From contig JALDZX010000012.1 in assembly GCA_022813865.1 (NCBI GenBank), forward strand, positions 372,001 to 436,000: DNA of 64,000 nt, given 5' to 3'. The notes under the pieces are model-generated. The model had not been told where the DNA came from. It did not search any database and saw only the letters and a program-made list of their open reading frames with translations. Position 1 is the stretch's first letter. Each line of letters starts with the position of its first letter. A program made the position numbers and the translations under genes. Positions 1 to 12,878 of the stretch are shown in pieces. The DNA comes from Xylographa opegraphella (Eukaryota).

Positions 1-669
1 CTTTCCTTACCTTATCGTCCATGGCCGAGGAGGGGATGATGCCCTTCTCACCGTGTCCGGTCCCAGCATGGGTCGGCGCGCCTTCGTTCTTAGAGCCTGC
101 ATGTGCATATGGGGTACTTTCATCCCCGGGCTTCATCCATAGAATGTATCGTCTTCCGTTGACCAAATTCCAGTCTGCACCAGACACACACACTTGGCAT
201 CGTGATGTTGCACGTTTCGTAGATCGTTATAATTGACAGTCTATATGTATATGCGCAGCACAAACCTGGTCGTCGATTACCCCTACGCCCGCCGTGCGGA
301 CAAATAAAGTAAAAATCGGGGGTCCCCCTTTTTCGCTGCGAGGAGCGACGGAAAAATTTCCCCACACATTTCCCCCCTTGGTCCCGTTCTATGATCCCAC
401 ACATCCCCACAAATAATGCCAATCGAGTGTTCGAAACGCAAACAGGCGGAAGGGAAAGAGATCTATCGAAGCGAGCCACGGCAGGGAAGGGGCACGAGTT
501 CGTTGAGAAATCAACCTTCAGCAGCCAAAAAAGACAGAAGCATAGGAAAAAGAGAAAAAGGAAAATATGCATGGCGGCCGCCTTCCCCCTCCCATCTACG
601 AAGCCCGGAGCGCCAGCTCTCGCTCCCTACCTCCCCCACCAAATTACATCCACCTCACCCAGTTCGACT

Positions 670-3600
670 CTACTCCGGCCCCTCATCATCCGAGTCCGGC
701 GGGTGCGGCGTGCCCTTGGGGCTGTTCAGCCACTCGATATGCCTCAGCCGGCGACGGACCTCCTGCTCCTTGAGCTGCTTCTTCGTCAAGCCCTTGCGCT
801 TCTTGCGCGCCTTGAACTTCATGTCGCCGCCGTCCTCGGCCTCCGAGTTGACGGCGCTGCTGGCCACGCTGGCGGCCGCGCTGCTGACCGCGCTGCTGCC
901 GGGCCGGCTGTCCTCGAAGCGGTCCATCGCCACGGCCAAGTGGCCCTTGTGCGTCACGCGCCCGTCGGCGACGTGCCACTGCTCCGGGCAGAGAGCGCCG
1001 ACGAACTCCTCGTTGTGCGAGATCATCACGACGCCGCCCTTGTAGTCGCGGATCGCGACCGCGAGCCCGCCGAGTGAGTCGCGGTCCAGGTAGTTGGTCG
1101 GCTCGTCGAGGACGAGGAGGTGCGGGTTGTTCCACATCGCGCCCGCGAGGACGACTTTGACTTTCTGCCCGCCGGACAGGCCGGAGATCTCGTTGTGGTT
1201 GGCGATCTCGGGGTCGAGGCCGATGTCTTCGAAGTGCTTCGAGATTACTTTAGGGGCGAGCTCGCGGAAGCCGAGACCTTCGCGGGATGCTTCGTGGTCA
1301 TCGAACTCTTGGATGAGCTTGGAGAAGCCAAGATCGAGGAGTGTCTCGCGAGATACCTGGGAATTGTGTTTGGGGAGGAAGTTGACCCATTTTCTGGAAC
1401 GAGATTAGTATTGTGACTACATTGGAGATGGACTGGACGTACACTTCGTATTGGAAAGACTTCTTCCACTTTTGTCGACCCATGAGGTTCTCGACCTTTC
1501 GTGGGCCTTTCCCGTCACCGATGTCGACCATTCTTTCCATCTGCGCCTTGTCTTCTGGAGTAAGAACCCTGGTCTGCTTCATGAGCACTTCTCGGTCATC
1601 ACCGTTAGCGTAACGCCATTGTAGATATTGGTTGGGCGTTTTCTCCATGTGCATTTCCACATGCTCCAGAGCATGTTGCTTGATGTATCCGATACGAAGA
1701 TTGGGATGCTTCTCGACTTTTCCAGTTTGGGGAATCGTCTCTCCCGTCAAAAGCTTTATGAGTGTCGACTTTCCAGCACCGTTAGCACCAATGATAGCAG
1801 TCCGTGAGGAGAGGGACAAGGCACAGGTGACGTCTTGCAAGGAAGGCTTTGAGCCCCCAGGATAGGTATAGGAACAATTGGTCATTCGGATGATGGCTCT
1901 TGTGTTCGATTTGACACCAGCCAAAAGACCTGGGTTTGGGAACTTGAATTGGACTTGCGAAGCTGATAGCGTGTAGTAACTCTTTCCCTCTGGCTTGACT
2001 CGTACAAAACTAGCGGATGTTAGCAGAATGCTATCGAATTAAGGTACGACAACTTACGCTGCAAGATTGCCAGGATAGCACACAAGTTTTTTCGACTCAT
2101 AGTGATAGATATCTGTACAAACTTCATCCAAAAATCCAGAATCGTGGCTGACGATGAGACTCGTGATTTCCGTATGGCTCTTCAAATATTCTTGTAGCCA
2201 CTTGACGTTGCTGACATCCAAATGGTTTGTAGGTTCGTCCAAGAGCAAAACATCCGCCTTCATTAACATAGCTCGTGCCAGCGCAAGCTTCATCTTCCAC
2301 CCACCAGACAGCGATCCTACTTTTTGCTGCTGTCGGCCTTCCGGACCAGCGGTGAAGCCGACTTCGCTCAAGACCTCTGAAATTCTTTCCCGTCCTGCAG
2401 CTGCAAGCTCTGGATCTTTCGCCACAAATTCTAAAATACTTAGATCCGCATCCTCTCCTTGATTATGCTCCACGAAACACGTCCTAAGCTCATCTTTGCT
2501 TGGGAAGCCCTCCAATTTCCCCTCGGCGATACTTCGCATCAGCGTAGATTTGCCAGCGCCGTTGCGTCCACAAAGTCCATAACGATGACCTTTAAGCAGC
2601 CGAAGGTTCGTGTGGGACAGCAGCAGCATGCCACCATAAGCCAAGGAAAAGTCGGTGTTGACAATTTCGATCTCGCCAGTGTCTTCTTTAATTGGCTGAC
2701 CGAATTTTCGACGGTCTTCCTCAAGGAAGTACTTATACACAGCATCGGCCACCATATGTGCTTGGTCGTCCTTGACTATTTGTTCGAGATACGGTCCGAT
2801 GCAGAGTTTGATGCGTGTCATTTCTCGGAGGCTAACGTCTTCTCGCACCATTTCGGAGATGTATATTTTGAGGAGCGACCATATATCACTGTCTCCGGGC
2901 TGACCGGTCACTCCCCCGCGCAGTTTGACTTCTTTCTCTAGAACTCTCAAAACATCTTCTGTCGTAGTAGGCGCGATCTGCCCATTGGTGACATTCCCGT
3001 CATCATCACCCATAGCCTTCTTTATAACGTTCACTGCCCGGGTAGCTAGCTCGCGGACTTCCGGCAGTGATGCTCGGTCTTTGACTCCTTGTACACCAGG
3101 CTTCAATTTCGGCAAGAAGGTTCGTGCCTCGATAGGATCATGTACTAGCTTTGTGAGATTCTCTACTACCACAACAGTCTGCCGAAGTACTTCCTGCGAC
3201 GTAGTAGGCGTATTGAGGGAACGTTCGAGTAGAGGCGTCAGAAGCGCAAGAACCGGCGAGGTGACAATTGCGACAAATGTTGTCTGTGACAGCGCGTGGA
3301 TAGCTTTTTGCAGTGTTTCGGTAGACGGGTTCTGCATCGTCTTAATAAGGAGAGGTATCCGAGGAGCAACATCGTCGTTTGACAAGAGAGCAGTCAATGA
3401 AGTCATGGATTTGGTGGCTTGCTTTGCAACCTATAATGCAGTCAATTAGTATGAGAAATTCGGGGTGCCATGATATGAATACTTACTTCGGCCTTCAAAT
3501 CATGCATGCCTGATTCCACAATGGGAATTAAGGCAGCAAGCCGTTTGCCCATGGATTCCCTAAGCACGCCTTTCAGCATCTCCTCGTCCTTGCTGCCCAT

Positions 3601-4182
3601 CCCCATCTTGGCCTTGTCAGCCATCCTCCCAATCAATTCATATGCACCAACAGTGCCCTGCCATTTGCCGGTTCGTTTACCCAGGTATTGCGACAATGCT
3701 GGTAATAAGCCCACAACCATGCTCTCGGGTTTCAGGTTGGTGAATAGTGCATCCAACGCATACTGTGCAGATTCCCGGACAACGGCACCTTTGTCGGCCA
3801 ACGCATCTAGAGCAGGTGCAATTATCCCACCATCTTGCAGAAGGAATACGACTTCACTAATCGGTTGCACTGCAGGGAATTTCTCGAACAGCGCTCCTAG
3901 AATAATCATGGCGCTCTCACGTTTGGCTCCATCCTTCTTGTCTGCAGCAGCCTTCCTGATCTCTCGAAGGACTCCATATCCCTGGAGTCCGCGGAAGCCT
4001 ACCGAGTTGATCAAGGTGCTGGTAAGTGCATACGACGAATCAAGAGAGGCCTGAGATGTCTTGGCTGTGAATATCGTGTCGAGGAAAGACGATATCTCAT
4101 CTTGTGTAGGGGCGACAGTAGAGGGAACGGAGGACTTGGATATCATAACGGGCGCGAGCGGAGGGGAGAGTTGATGGGGCAT
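670..4182 (-). CDS. NEW1: eEF3-family ABC-F ATPase New1/Elf1 (4 exons; introns ~3431-3486, 2010-2057, 1394-1442)
   Basis: HEAT-like N-terminus and two ABC cassettes (GRNGAGKST/LSGGWKMK/LLLDEPTNHL; GANGAGKST/LSGGQKVK/LVLDEPTNYL). QYLQWRY..GDDREV and the C-terminal RRRLRHIEWLNSPKGTP..DSDDE match New1 rather than Yef3. GT-AG introns join the ORF pieces in frame. Confidence 0.9.
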
Positions 4183-4717
4183 CCTCTGCTTGGACGCCTC
4201 AGTGGGATTTTCGCCTAGCGTAGCAAGCCAGGTGATTGAGGTGGTCGTAAGAGTGAAGCGCTGAGAGCAGCGCAGATAATGGCTGTGAGAAGAAAAAGAA
4301 GGATCGTTTTTGCATTGAACTTTTTTCAGCCCAGACCCTGGAGGAGAGACTGCGGTAATAGGGTTCGTCATGGTGGCTTATTCTGCAATTCTCGCTTATC
4401 GATAAGCTAATTTTAGGGCCTAGAAAGTCCTAGCCAGATGGGGACTTCTATTGAGCTTCGCTTGCATTCATGAGGTAGTTCTCCAATAGCAAGTCAAATT
4501 TGCATATTCTTCGGCATTTCAACTACTGATTCATGCATATCGGGAAATTACGGTATCATGTTAGTATGTCGTGGTGCTTGACTGACTTTACTACATCTAC
4601 GGCGTGGGGGTAATCAGTGCTCCGCATGGAACAACTGTCATGTCCAACTCCAGCTACGGCAGCAGGAACGTATTGCTTAATCTCCCGAACAGATCGATTG
4701 CAGCCTTTGAGACTTGT

Positions 4718-5793
4718 TCATGGGTCGCCCGAATTGGAGACATCACTCTCCTCAGCAAGGTATCCATCTGATACATGCTCATAGAGCTCGACCGGGTCTG
4801 TAGACGCACTATAGTCGTTGCTATATTTTGACATGGAGACACATCCTGCAGTATACATGCTGTCATCCGTGGTTCTCATTCTCAAACCCGTGTGCTGTTT
4901 AGTGTTACTCGACTCGCGTCTCACAGTCCGTGTGCGGTCTGTTCTGGGTTGTCCCAGACGCACACCAGTCCTCTGTCCTTGAATTATTGTCGAGTCTTTC
5001 TCCAAAGTCTCTGTCTCTTCAGACCGAGTGTTATTGTCAGGACTATCAGTTGCATCACCGATTACTAGATCTTCACCATCTGGTAGGCCCTCAGGAGCAG
5101 GATAGGGATTTCCACGAATACCGCGTATCGGAAGATCGACAGTCATTGGGACACTTTTCTGAGAGGTTATCGGTGGTGCAGTCAATCCGGATAGATAAGC
5201 GAAAGCGTTGTTTGAAATTGTATTGGACAGAACAGCTGAAGTATCGCTGGTCTGTTCAAGTGTGGTGTCTTGGAGTTGCCCTCCCAAGCTAGAACAAAGC
5301 CTATCGAACCATTCGCTAGCTCTTCCTATTTGGTGCTGTATACAGCGAGTACAGTACCAGTCGTCTATAGGCAGTGTAAGTAAAAATTTTCAATATATCG
5401 CTGTCATGACCTACCATCTTCCCCTGGAGGCACTGTCATCCCTATACACGATAGATGAAACCAGCGAGCAAGACATTTGGAAGCTTTGGTGGTCAGCTTG
5501 GGTAAAGTCGATAATATAATGCGCGGATTACCATTCGTACATTCCACCATTCCCCCAGCATATCTACTCTCAACACTCACACAAACACAGAACAGTTCTT
5601 CTTTATCAACGGGGAGTATTGAGACTGGATCGCCGTATTTTTCTCTAATCAAGCGGACCATCCGCTCAGCATCCGGATGAAGTATCAATTCGCTGATGGG
5701 TGTTTGTGGGACTTGGCTGATCTTCCCTGATGTATTTCTAGATGGACGTGAGACTTTAGAGGCACGGGTACTCTTCCTGACCCGCAGCGGCAT
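4718..5793 (-). CDS. PHD-finger protein (ING-type C4HC3) with long low-complexity C-terminus; introns 5484-5531 and 5365-5414
   Basis: Splicing yields FCVC...GGMVECTNASKCLARWFHLSCIGMTVPPGEDDDWYCTRC, which continues in frame into ORF 4718..5287. Confidence 0.75.
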
Positions 5794-6044
5794 TCTGACC
5801 CTGGTCGAGGTTTTCTTGTGAAGCTACAGCATTAGTCTTCCAATTCGATCAGGACGCGGTTGAGTATATCTGGCCATGATTCTTGCTTGTACTAGGTGCA
5901 GAAGTAAAACACTAGTATGGTAAACACGCAAATGCCGTCAACACTAAGCAAATATAACTAACAATTATTCACTTTCAGAGCCATCCACAAGCCTCACGTG
6001 GCAGATAGCTAGACTGATCAATCGCTCTTCAGAGCATCACTTAT

Positions 6045-8113
6045 CTAAAAACCTGTTTATTAGGAAGACGTTAGTAAATATACCAGCAGAGCGACATGGG
6101 TTTGAGAAATATACCTATCTCTGTGTTGCCCTCACCCATACTTTTACTTCCACTGCTTCCACTCTGAATGGCTCCGATTATCCCATCGATATAAGCTGCA
6201 CCACTCCACTTTTGATGTGTAAGTACGTCCACGCCAAGTTCCTTCTCTCGTCGTTGAACTAGCTTCACATATGCTAGCATCCCGTCTTTTTGGAAGGCTC
6301 GTGAAAGCTCAGCAGTGATAGTGGCTGTTGAGTGTAGCCCGGCCAAAGATATGAGCTGGAGAACAAAGCTAAGCCAGTCAGCGTGCTCTCATTCTGTTTA
6401 GGAAGAGAAATATCATCCTACCCGTGCTTGGCTAGGTCCCAGATGAAGGATTTCAAGGACACTTCGTCAAATCCATGTCCCATCCAATTGAATGAAGGAC
6501 TCAGATTGTACACAAGCTGCTTGCCGGGGAACGAGCTACGTATTTCACCCGCAAAACTTGCCGCTTTCTCGACACTAGGATCATTTGTCTCTATCCACAA
6601 AAGATCAGAATATGGAGCAAACGCCTTTCCTCGCTTAATGGCAGCAGGGAGCCCAGCGCGGTAGTGGTAGAAGCCTTCCCGTGTCCTAGGAATATCCCAA
6701 GAGAAGAAAACTGGTTTCTTGCTATATTGAGCGGCAAGAGTTCGCCTGCGAGATAAAGGCAGGTCGCGGTCTTGTGCAATTTGTTTGCTGTAGTCGTCCA
6801 TGGTACTCTGATCTGCCCCTTCAGAGCGCAAATGATTGATTACAGCTGATTTCATTGTGAGCAAGTCGATACATACTTCAGCTGTCATGCATGCATGCCT
6901 GTCAACACACCTTCGTCAAAGGTTACGAGCTTATGGTCTCTAACCCAAGCCGCTTCGTATTTATCAATTTCTTCACCAGTGGCACCCTTGGAGTCCATGA
7001 CTTGGATGGTCTCCGCCAGAGGCTCAACATCTTCGGTCACTCCGAGGATATATTCATGATCTCGCGTGTCAATTGCACTGCTTAACAGCTTACCACTTTC
7101 AGAATCAGTTCGAGCGATGATCAGATTTTCGCAGCCCATAAGATCCCATTGAAACCGGGTCGCTACCAGACGGTTGATGTGCTCCCCAACGGGTACAAGC
7201 ACTTTGCCTGCCAAATGCCCACATTTTTTGCCGCCGTGAAGCTGATCCTCGAAATGGACCGCGGCAGCACCGTTCTCGGCAAAGAGTTTTGCTAGTTTTA
7301 TAACGGCCGAAAGACCGCCGTGCCTGAGAAATCTTTAGTAAAGTTCTACGAAAACCTAGCTGACCTCACTACCCTGTATCGCCATCGGCTATTATTGGTC
7401 TCATATAGTCGATGTATGGTGTTTCCTGCCGTTCCTTTGTATTCAGCTTCCTCCGGGCGTCCCAGTGTTTCCGATCATGGAGCTGCTGTGCTTTGAAAAG
7501 CCGTTGCACTTGGTTTGGGACTGTATTATAGGGATAGTCTCCGAAATCCGGGGAGACCTCGTTGGTACTAGTAAGGACTGAGGAGCAGGCCCATCCAGAA
7601 ATATACAGCACCTCTTGATTTGCAGCCTGCTGGGTCATTTGTACAGGATCAATGGCACCCACTTCACAGTATCAGCGTCCAATTAACAACGTCAAAGGAC
7701 AAGTGAAACAGACTCGTGTGTACAGGTTCCGCGTTGGCAGCTCTTTCTCGGAAGAGATCAAAGAGTTTCTTTGCCATAAGAGAGCTGGGGTAAGTTTGCT
7801 GCAAAGACCCCCTCTTACTGACAACATCTTCCGCTGAGTACGGTCTTTTGATGCCTCTGTATCTCGGAGTGGCCCACCACTGCTTGACATCGTGGACCTG
7901 TTGGTCGAATAGAGCATCCTCTGCTGCTCCAGCTTTTACTGTCGTAGAAAGCAGCTGATAGGCGTCTGCTGGAAGGGAAGCAGGGACGGGAATATCTATG
8001 GTGGGTAGGCCGCCTTCCATATTCAGACATGTCGTGGAGAAAGATCGGAGGACAGATGTACGCAGTGGCCATGCAGCACGACGCGGTAAGCGTCGAGTAA
8101 CTGTGCGCAGCAT
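6045..8113 (-). CDS. mclA: Mitochondrial 2-methylisocitrate lyase (isocitrate lyase family); about 6 exons, last coding exon only 8 nt
   Basis: Arg-rich presequence [40 protein letters not shown] and [19 protein letters not shown] is the MCL-type residue set rather than ICL WQFIT. Terminal intron 6053-6114 (GTATAT..TACTAAC..CAG) gives ...NTEIGF*. Confidence 0.88.
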
Positions 8114-8397
8114 GGTTCACTACTCACTACTGACAAGTATATTGAGGCTCTATTATTAAACACCGCGGAATAATTGAAGTGACAGACTTTACGCAGAACC
8201 TTTTGTTTTCAAAATTGCATTCACAGTTAAACTGGAGACTGCTCAATGCTGACTTCAACTTTTGTTATCAGCGGTAGTGTGAGGTAACAATTGCTCAACG
8301 TCGTGCAAAGTTCATCAGTGTCTGTATCTGACAAGTGGAGAACTACGGAGTACTCCATCCTCGTTTATTCATGCCAATGAAAATGCCAGGAGGGATA

Positions 8398-8442
8398 CCT
8401 CGGCTGCCGGTTACGGCCGGGGTTCTCGGCCGGCCGGCCGGT
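8398..8442. promoter_or_regulatory. Candidate Zn2Cys6 sites in the divergent mclA/mcsA promoter, including CCTCGG (FarA/FarB-type) and clustered CGG/CCG triplets
   Basis: cctcggctgccggttacggccggggttctcggccggccggccgg lies in the middle of the ~540-bp intergenic region. Confidence 0.45.
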
Positions 8443-8653
8443 CTTGGCATTTGTGCGGAGTTGGAAGAAATTCCGTCATGCTGCAGGGATAATTTAGAGT
8501 ATGCTGCAACAACCCTAAGTGCGATGCTGCAAAGCAACGTTATAACTAGTAGACGGACAGATCTTAGAGTGGGCAATACTGAGGTACAGATCTAGATAAA
8601 CCGATTGAGTTATCGGTATAGCCTCAATTATCATATCTGTTTCTCAATTGACA

Positions 8654-10302
8654 ATGTCTCTTCGAACTCGGCTCCCAGTGAGGAGTGTGGGATCCCTCAG
8701 GGTAACTATGCATCTTTGTGGAATTGCTGTACGGGTTCTGACAGTAGAAACCTGTAGATATCTCCTTGCAAGCCAGCCAACGCAAGTCTCATTCGATCCT
8801 ATGCATCAGTCTCGGAACCGGACCTCAAAAGCACTCTCAGAGAGGCCATTCCTGCGAAAAGAGAGCTGTTAAAGAAAGTCAAGAGTCACGGCAGTAAGGT
8901 AATTGGGGAAGTTAAAGTTGAGAACACGATCGGCGGTATGAGGTTCGCCAGATATCTGTCCTTCCATGGATTCTTGGATTGACACTGGGTAGAGGTTTGA
9001 AAGCGATGGTATGGGAGGGCTCTGTTCTCGACGCCAACGAGGGAATCAGATTTCACGGCAAATCTATCAGTGATTGCCAAAATGAACTTCCCAAGGGAAC
9101 AAGCGGCACCGTGATGCTTCCAGAGGCTATGTTTTGGCTATTGTTGACGGGCCAAGTCCCGTCAACTTCTCAAATCCGTGCCTTCTCTCGAGAACTGGCA
9201 GAGAAGTCGCCTCTGCCAGCGTTTGTAGAGCACATGCTGGATAACTTCCCCAAAGACCTACACCCGATGACACAGCTCGCCTGTGCTGTCTCCGCGCTCA
9301 ATCATACCTCCGTGTTCGCCAAGGCTTATGAGCAAGGCATTAACAAGGCCGATTATTGGGAGCCAACCTTCGACGACAGTATATCACTTATAGCAAAACT
9401 ACCAGTAATCGCAGCGAAGATATACCAGAACTCGTATCGAGGTGGAGGTACGCTTCCGGGGAAGGTTGATCCAGAACAAGACTGGTCATACAATTATGCC
9501 ACAATGCTCGGCAGATCAGGCAAGGAAAACGAAAACTTTCAAGACCTCCTCCGGCTTTATCTTGCGTTACATGGTGATCATGAAGGGGGTAATGTTTCCG
9601 CTCACGCAACGCATTTAGTGGGAAGCGCCTTGAGCGACCCGTTCCTTAGCTACAGCGCCGGTCTTCAGGGACTTGCAGGGCCACTTCACGGGTTCGTCGA
9701 TCTTCTCGTTCTCAATCTTACAACTGCTATCTATACTTACATTCATGCAGTCTGGCAGCACAAGAAGTTCTCCGTTGGATTCAGAAGATGCAATCCACCA
9801 TTGGCTTATCCTACAAGGATTCCGACGTCAGGGATTACCTGTGGAGCACCCTCAAGTCGGGACAAGTCGTCCCCGGCTACGGCCACGGCGTTCTGCGGAA
9901 ACCAGATCCTCGATTCGAAACGCTGATGGCTTTTGCTTCCGCCAGGCCCGAAATCGCTGAAGATCCCCTCTTCCAGCTCGTGAAGAAGAACTCCGAAGTC
10001 GCCCCTGATGTCCTAAAGGAGCATGGGAAGGTGCGTGATCCTTGCGCTTAAAATTCTTGCCGTCATAGAGAGTGCTAATCCTTGTGAAGACCAAGAACCC
10101 TTACCCGAACGTCGACTCCTCCTCCGGCGTCCTCTTCCACCATTACGGCTTTCACGAGACGCTCTACTACACGGCCATCTTCGGAGTGAGCCGGGGCCTG
10201 GGCCCTCTGGCGCAACTCATCTGGGACCGAGCTTTGGGTTTGCCGATCGAAAGGCCGAAGAGTATCGATCTGGCTGGGTTGTTGACACTGGCTGAAAGCT
10301 GA
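8654..10302 (+). CDS. mcsA: Mitochondrial 2-methylcitrate synthase (citrate synthase family); introns near 8702-8746, 8943-8993, 9691-9749, 10031-10089
   Basis: [66 protein letters not shown] and LPIERPKS. It is divergent from methylisocitrate lyase. Confidence 0.85.
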
Positions 10303-12878
10303 GGGGTTGCGGCGTTCAAAAGCATTTTATGTAAATACAAGGTGGCCAATACGGTCCAAAAAAGTGTCTCCTGATGGTTCGTGAAAGATGTCTAAGTCTT
10401 CCCTATTACCAGCATGTCCTCCCCTTGACTGCCAGCACAACCTGCCTCGTCCTCCAGAAGTCATCCGTGCAATCGTCCGTCCGCCACCATACTCGCCAAT
10501 GCCATGACCTCCGACTCCTGGGGAGGCTTGCTGATCATGTCACCTGCACTCGTTACTACGATGGGTCTCTCGCGCCATGATACAGCAACAACAACCGAAA
10601 AGGAGCAGGACAAAACAAAAGACCCCACAGACCCCGGCTCCGTGGCAGCGAGCATGGCGACCGAGGAACTGCTGGAGGTGAGCAAGAGCGAGACGCTGAC
10701 CAGGACGGCAGGCTGTGCCGCGAAAAGACGAAGGAGATCACTCGCGAAGCTGTCTTTCAATCGAAAGCAGAAGGTAGCTGATCCAGAGCCGGACGTGGCG
10801 CGATCCCAGCACCCGTCCTACACACGTTCAGCAGTCCCACTCCGCAGAACACTGCTCGCTGTGATGGTAGCCCCGTACCTGTGACCGGGGCGGAGGAGCC
10901 TTCAGGCAACGAACGCGGTCAGTCGCAGCTGTCACCAACGTGGGTCATATGATGTGAGCGACTCGGCCATGCTCGCGACATTCGCTGGAGCGTGGGGGAG
11001 AAAGTGCAGGTCACGGCCGAGTGCGTAGGCAGGGCGGTTATGGGAGCAGAAGATGGAGGAAAAGGGAAAGCCGGGCTTGGCTAGCTCGGAGAAACAGAAG
11101 CGGGAGAAAAAGAAGCTTCTAGGCAAGGACCGGTGGCACCGCAGGTATGCACGTCAAGGGCTCAAAATGAAACATTCCTCAGCGGCTCCACCAGCCTCGT
11201 TCCGGGGGTTGACGGAGACGATAATTTGCCGGGGGAGGGGCCAGCCACTGCTTGCGCTCCGATCGTCAGGGAGGTCTGTCAACCGCGCCGGAACGCGGCC
11301 GACGATGTCCCTGGCCCTGCCACTGTGGGGCAGATCTGGAGACTCGGCAGTAGTTGATGAGACTACAAGAGAAGCCGTTGGACTAACACAGTGTGGATGG
11401 AGCGTTGAAGCATACCTGCACGATGTTAATGGTTACAGGATGGTCTCGATGTGCAATATGGTCCCACCACATTCTTGGACGGCCAGAACGGCGACATGAG
11501 GGCAGCATAAGGTAGCCCGGTACATAAAAGATGCTTATTGCGCAGCAGACGCAGGTAGCCTAGGTACCCTACGGTGGCCGTGCGCGGGCATGACATCCGG
11601 TCCGGATCAAGCTTCGCACAGTATTAGTAAAGTACCTGCCTTACCTACTCAATTAAACTTTGATGACCGGAAAGATTCAGCGCGGTGGTTGTTGTCCTGC
11701 AGGTGGCTTGCATGGTCTCCTGCAGATCGGACGTCGATCCTCGTCCAATCCCATCGAAACCTGGTTATCAGACAAAAGTTCGATTGACGGCCAGTAGTCA
11801 CTTTCGCATCAGCCAAAACATGGGAATTCTGCTGCTCACTTTACCATTCCTCCTCTCGGAGAAGCGAGCTCACCCAGCTGTCTAGAGCAAGTACTTGCGT
11901 CGCCTTTCATACCGTAGTCCTTATGTACCTAAGGTAGTGCTGGGGTGACGATGATCTTTCGTCGTCTGCGTCCGGTGCGTCCGGTGCATTTGCTTTGCGA
12001 CATGTGCAGTCTCCTGTCCGATGACTGTAAATTTAGCCGCTCCGCATCCGCAAAGCAGTCTTTGCTGGCAAACGCGATGTACGCCATTGAAACCTGGTGG
12101 AGACTTCGATCCTGCTGCTGAAATTGCGGCCGTCGCGCGAGGCATCCTCTTTGTGTATTTGGAGCCAATCGATGGAAAGGGAAAACGTCCGGCTATAAAA
12201 GATAGGAATGTCTTAGAGCAGTGAAATCTCCTCCTATTGTCACAAGCTCAGGGTCTGACAGCCATCTGCAGGTGATCCAGCCTTCCCCACAAACGTTCTT
12301 CATACCAGTGCAAGCTCAGGCCAAGGGGCTTGTGCACGAACTTGTCTATTCCGTTTCCGTTCAAAAGCGTTGGTGTACCACATTCACACCTGTGTCTTTC
12401 TTGAGTCCCATCAGATTGTTGTCTCTTCTGAACGAGCCCTTGCCTAGCCATGCAATTGAAGATTTATCGATCTTAAGAAGGACCGAATTTGTCGCCTTCT
12501 TTGATGCTTGGTTCCCCGTCTGATGAACCTCGATCACACTTTTATACATACCATTTGACAATTGACCCACATTCCTAAAGTTTTGCTTTGTTATCCCGTG
12601 GAGCCTATTGACTGCGTCACTTAAGTGCATCCATATATATCGTTACCGGCCTTGACGTCTCCTGGTGTCAGAATTCCTTGGTTTTCCTTGTTGTCGAATA
12701 AGAGATCCCGGCTACAATTGATTGAAGTTGTGATACATTCGTGTAAAGAGGTACGTGATTCTCCTATTACGTTCTGGAATTAGCAAGCCTTATTTCTAGA
12801 TCAGATTGGCTACTGACGTATTTACAGTCAGCTGTAGAACCTTTCCGCCTCAGACTTCAGCCATTATTCTTTGCCAGG

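Noticed and set aside
391..1416. Long plus-strand ORFs overlapping NEW1 (and similar ORFs antisense to FAO1, CHIP and the peptide precursor)
   Set aside because: Shadow ORFs caused by high GC3 or repeats on the coding strand.
10504..11499. ORFs 10504..10884 and 11053..11499 as a protein gene
   Set aside because: No recognisable domain, and I could not build a consistent spliced model. It could be a decayed or orphan gene.
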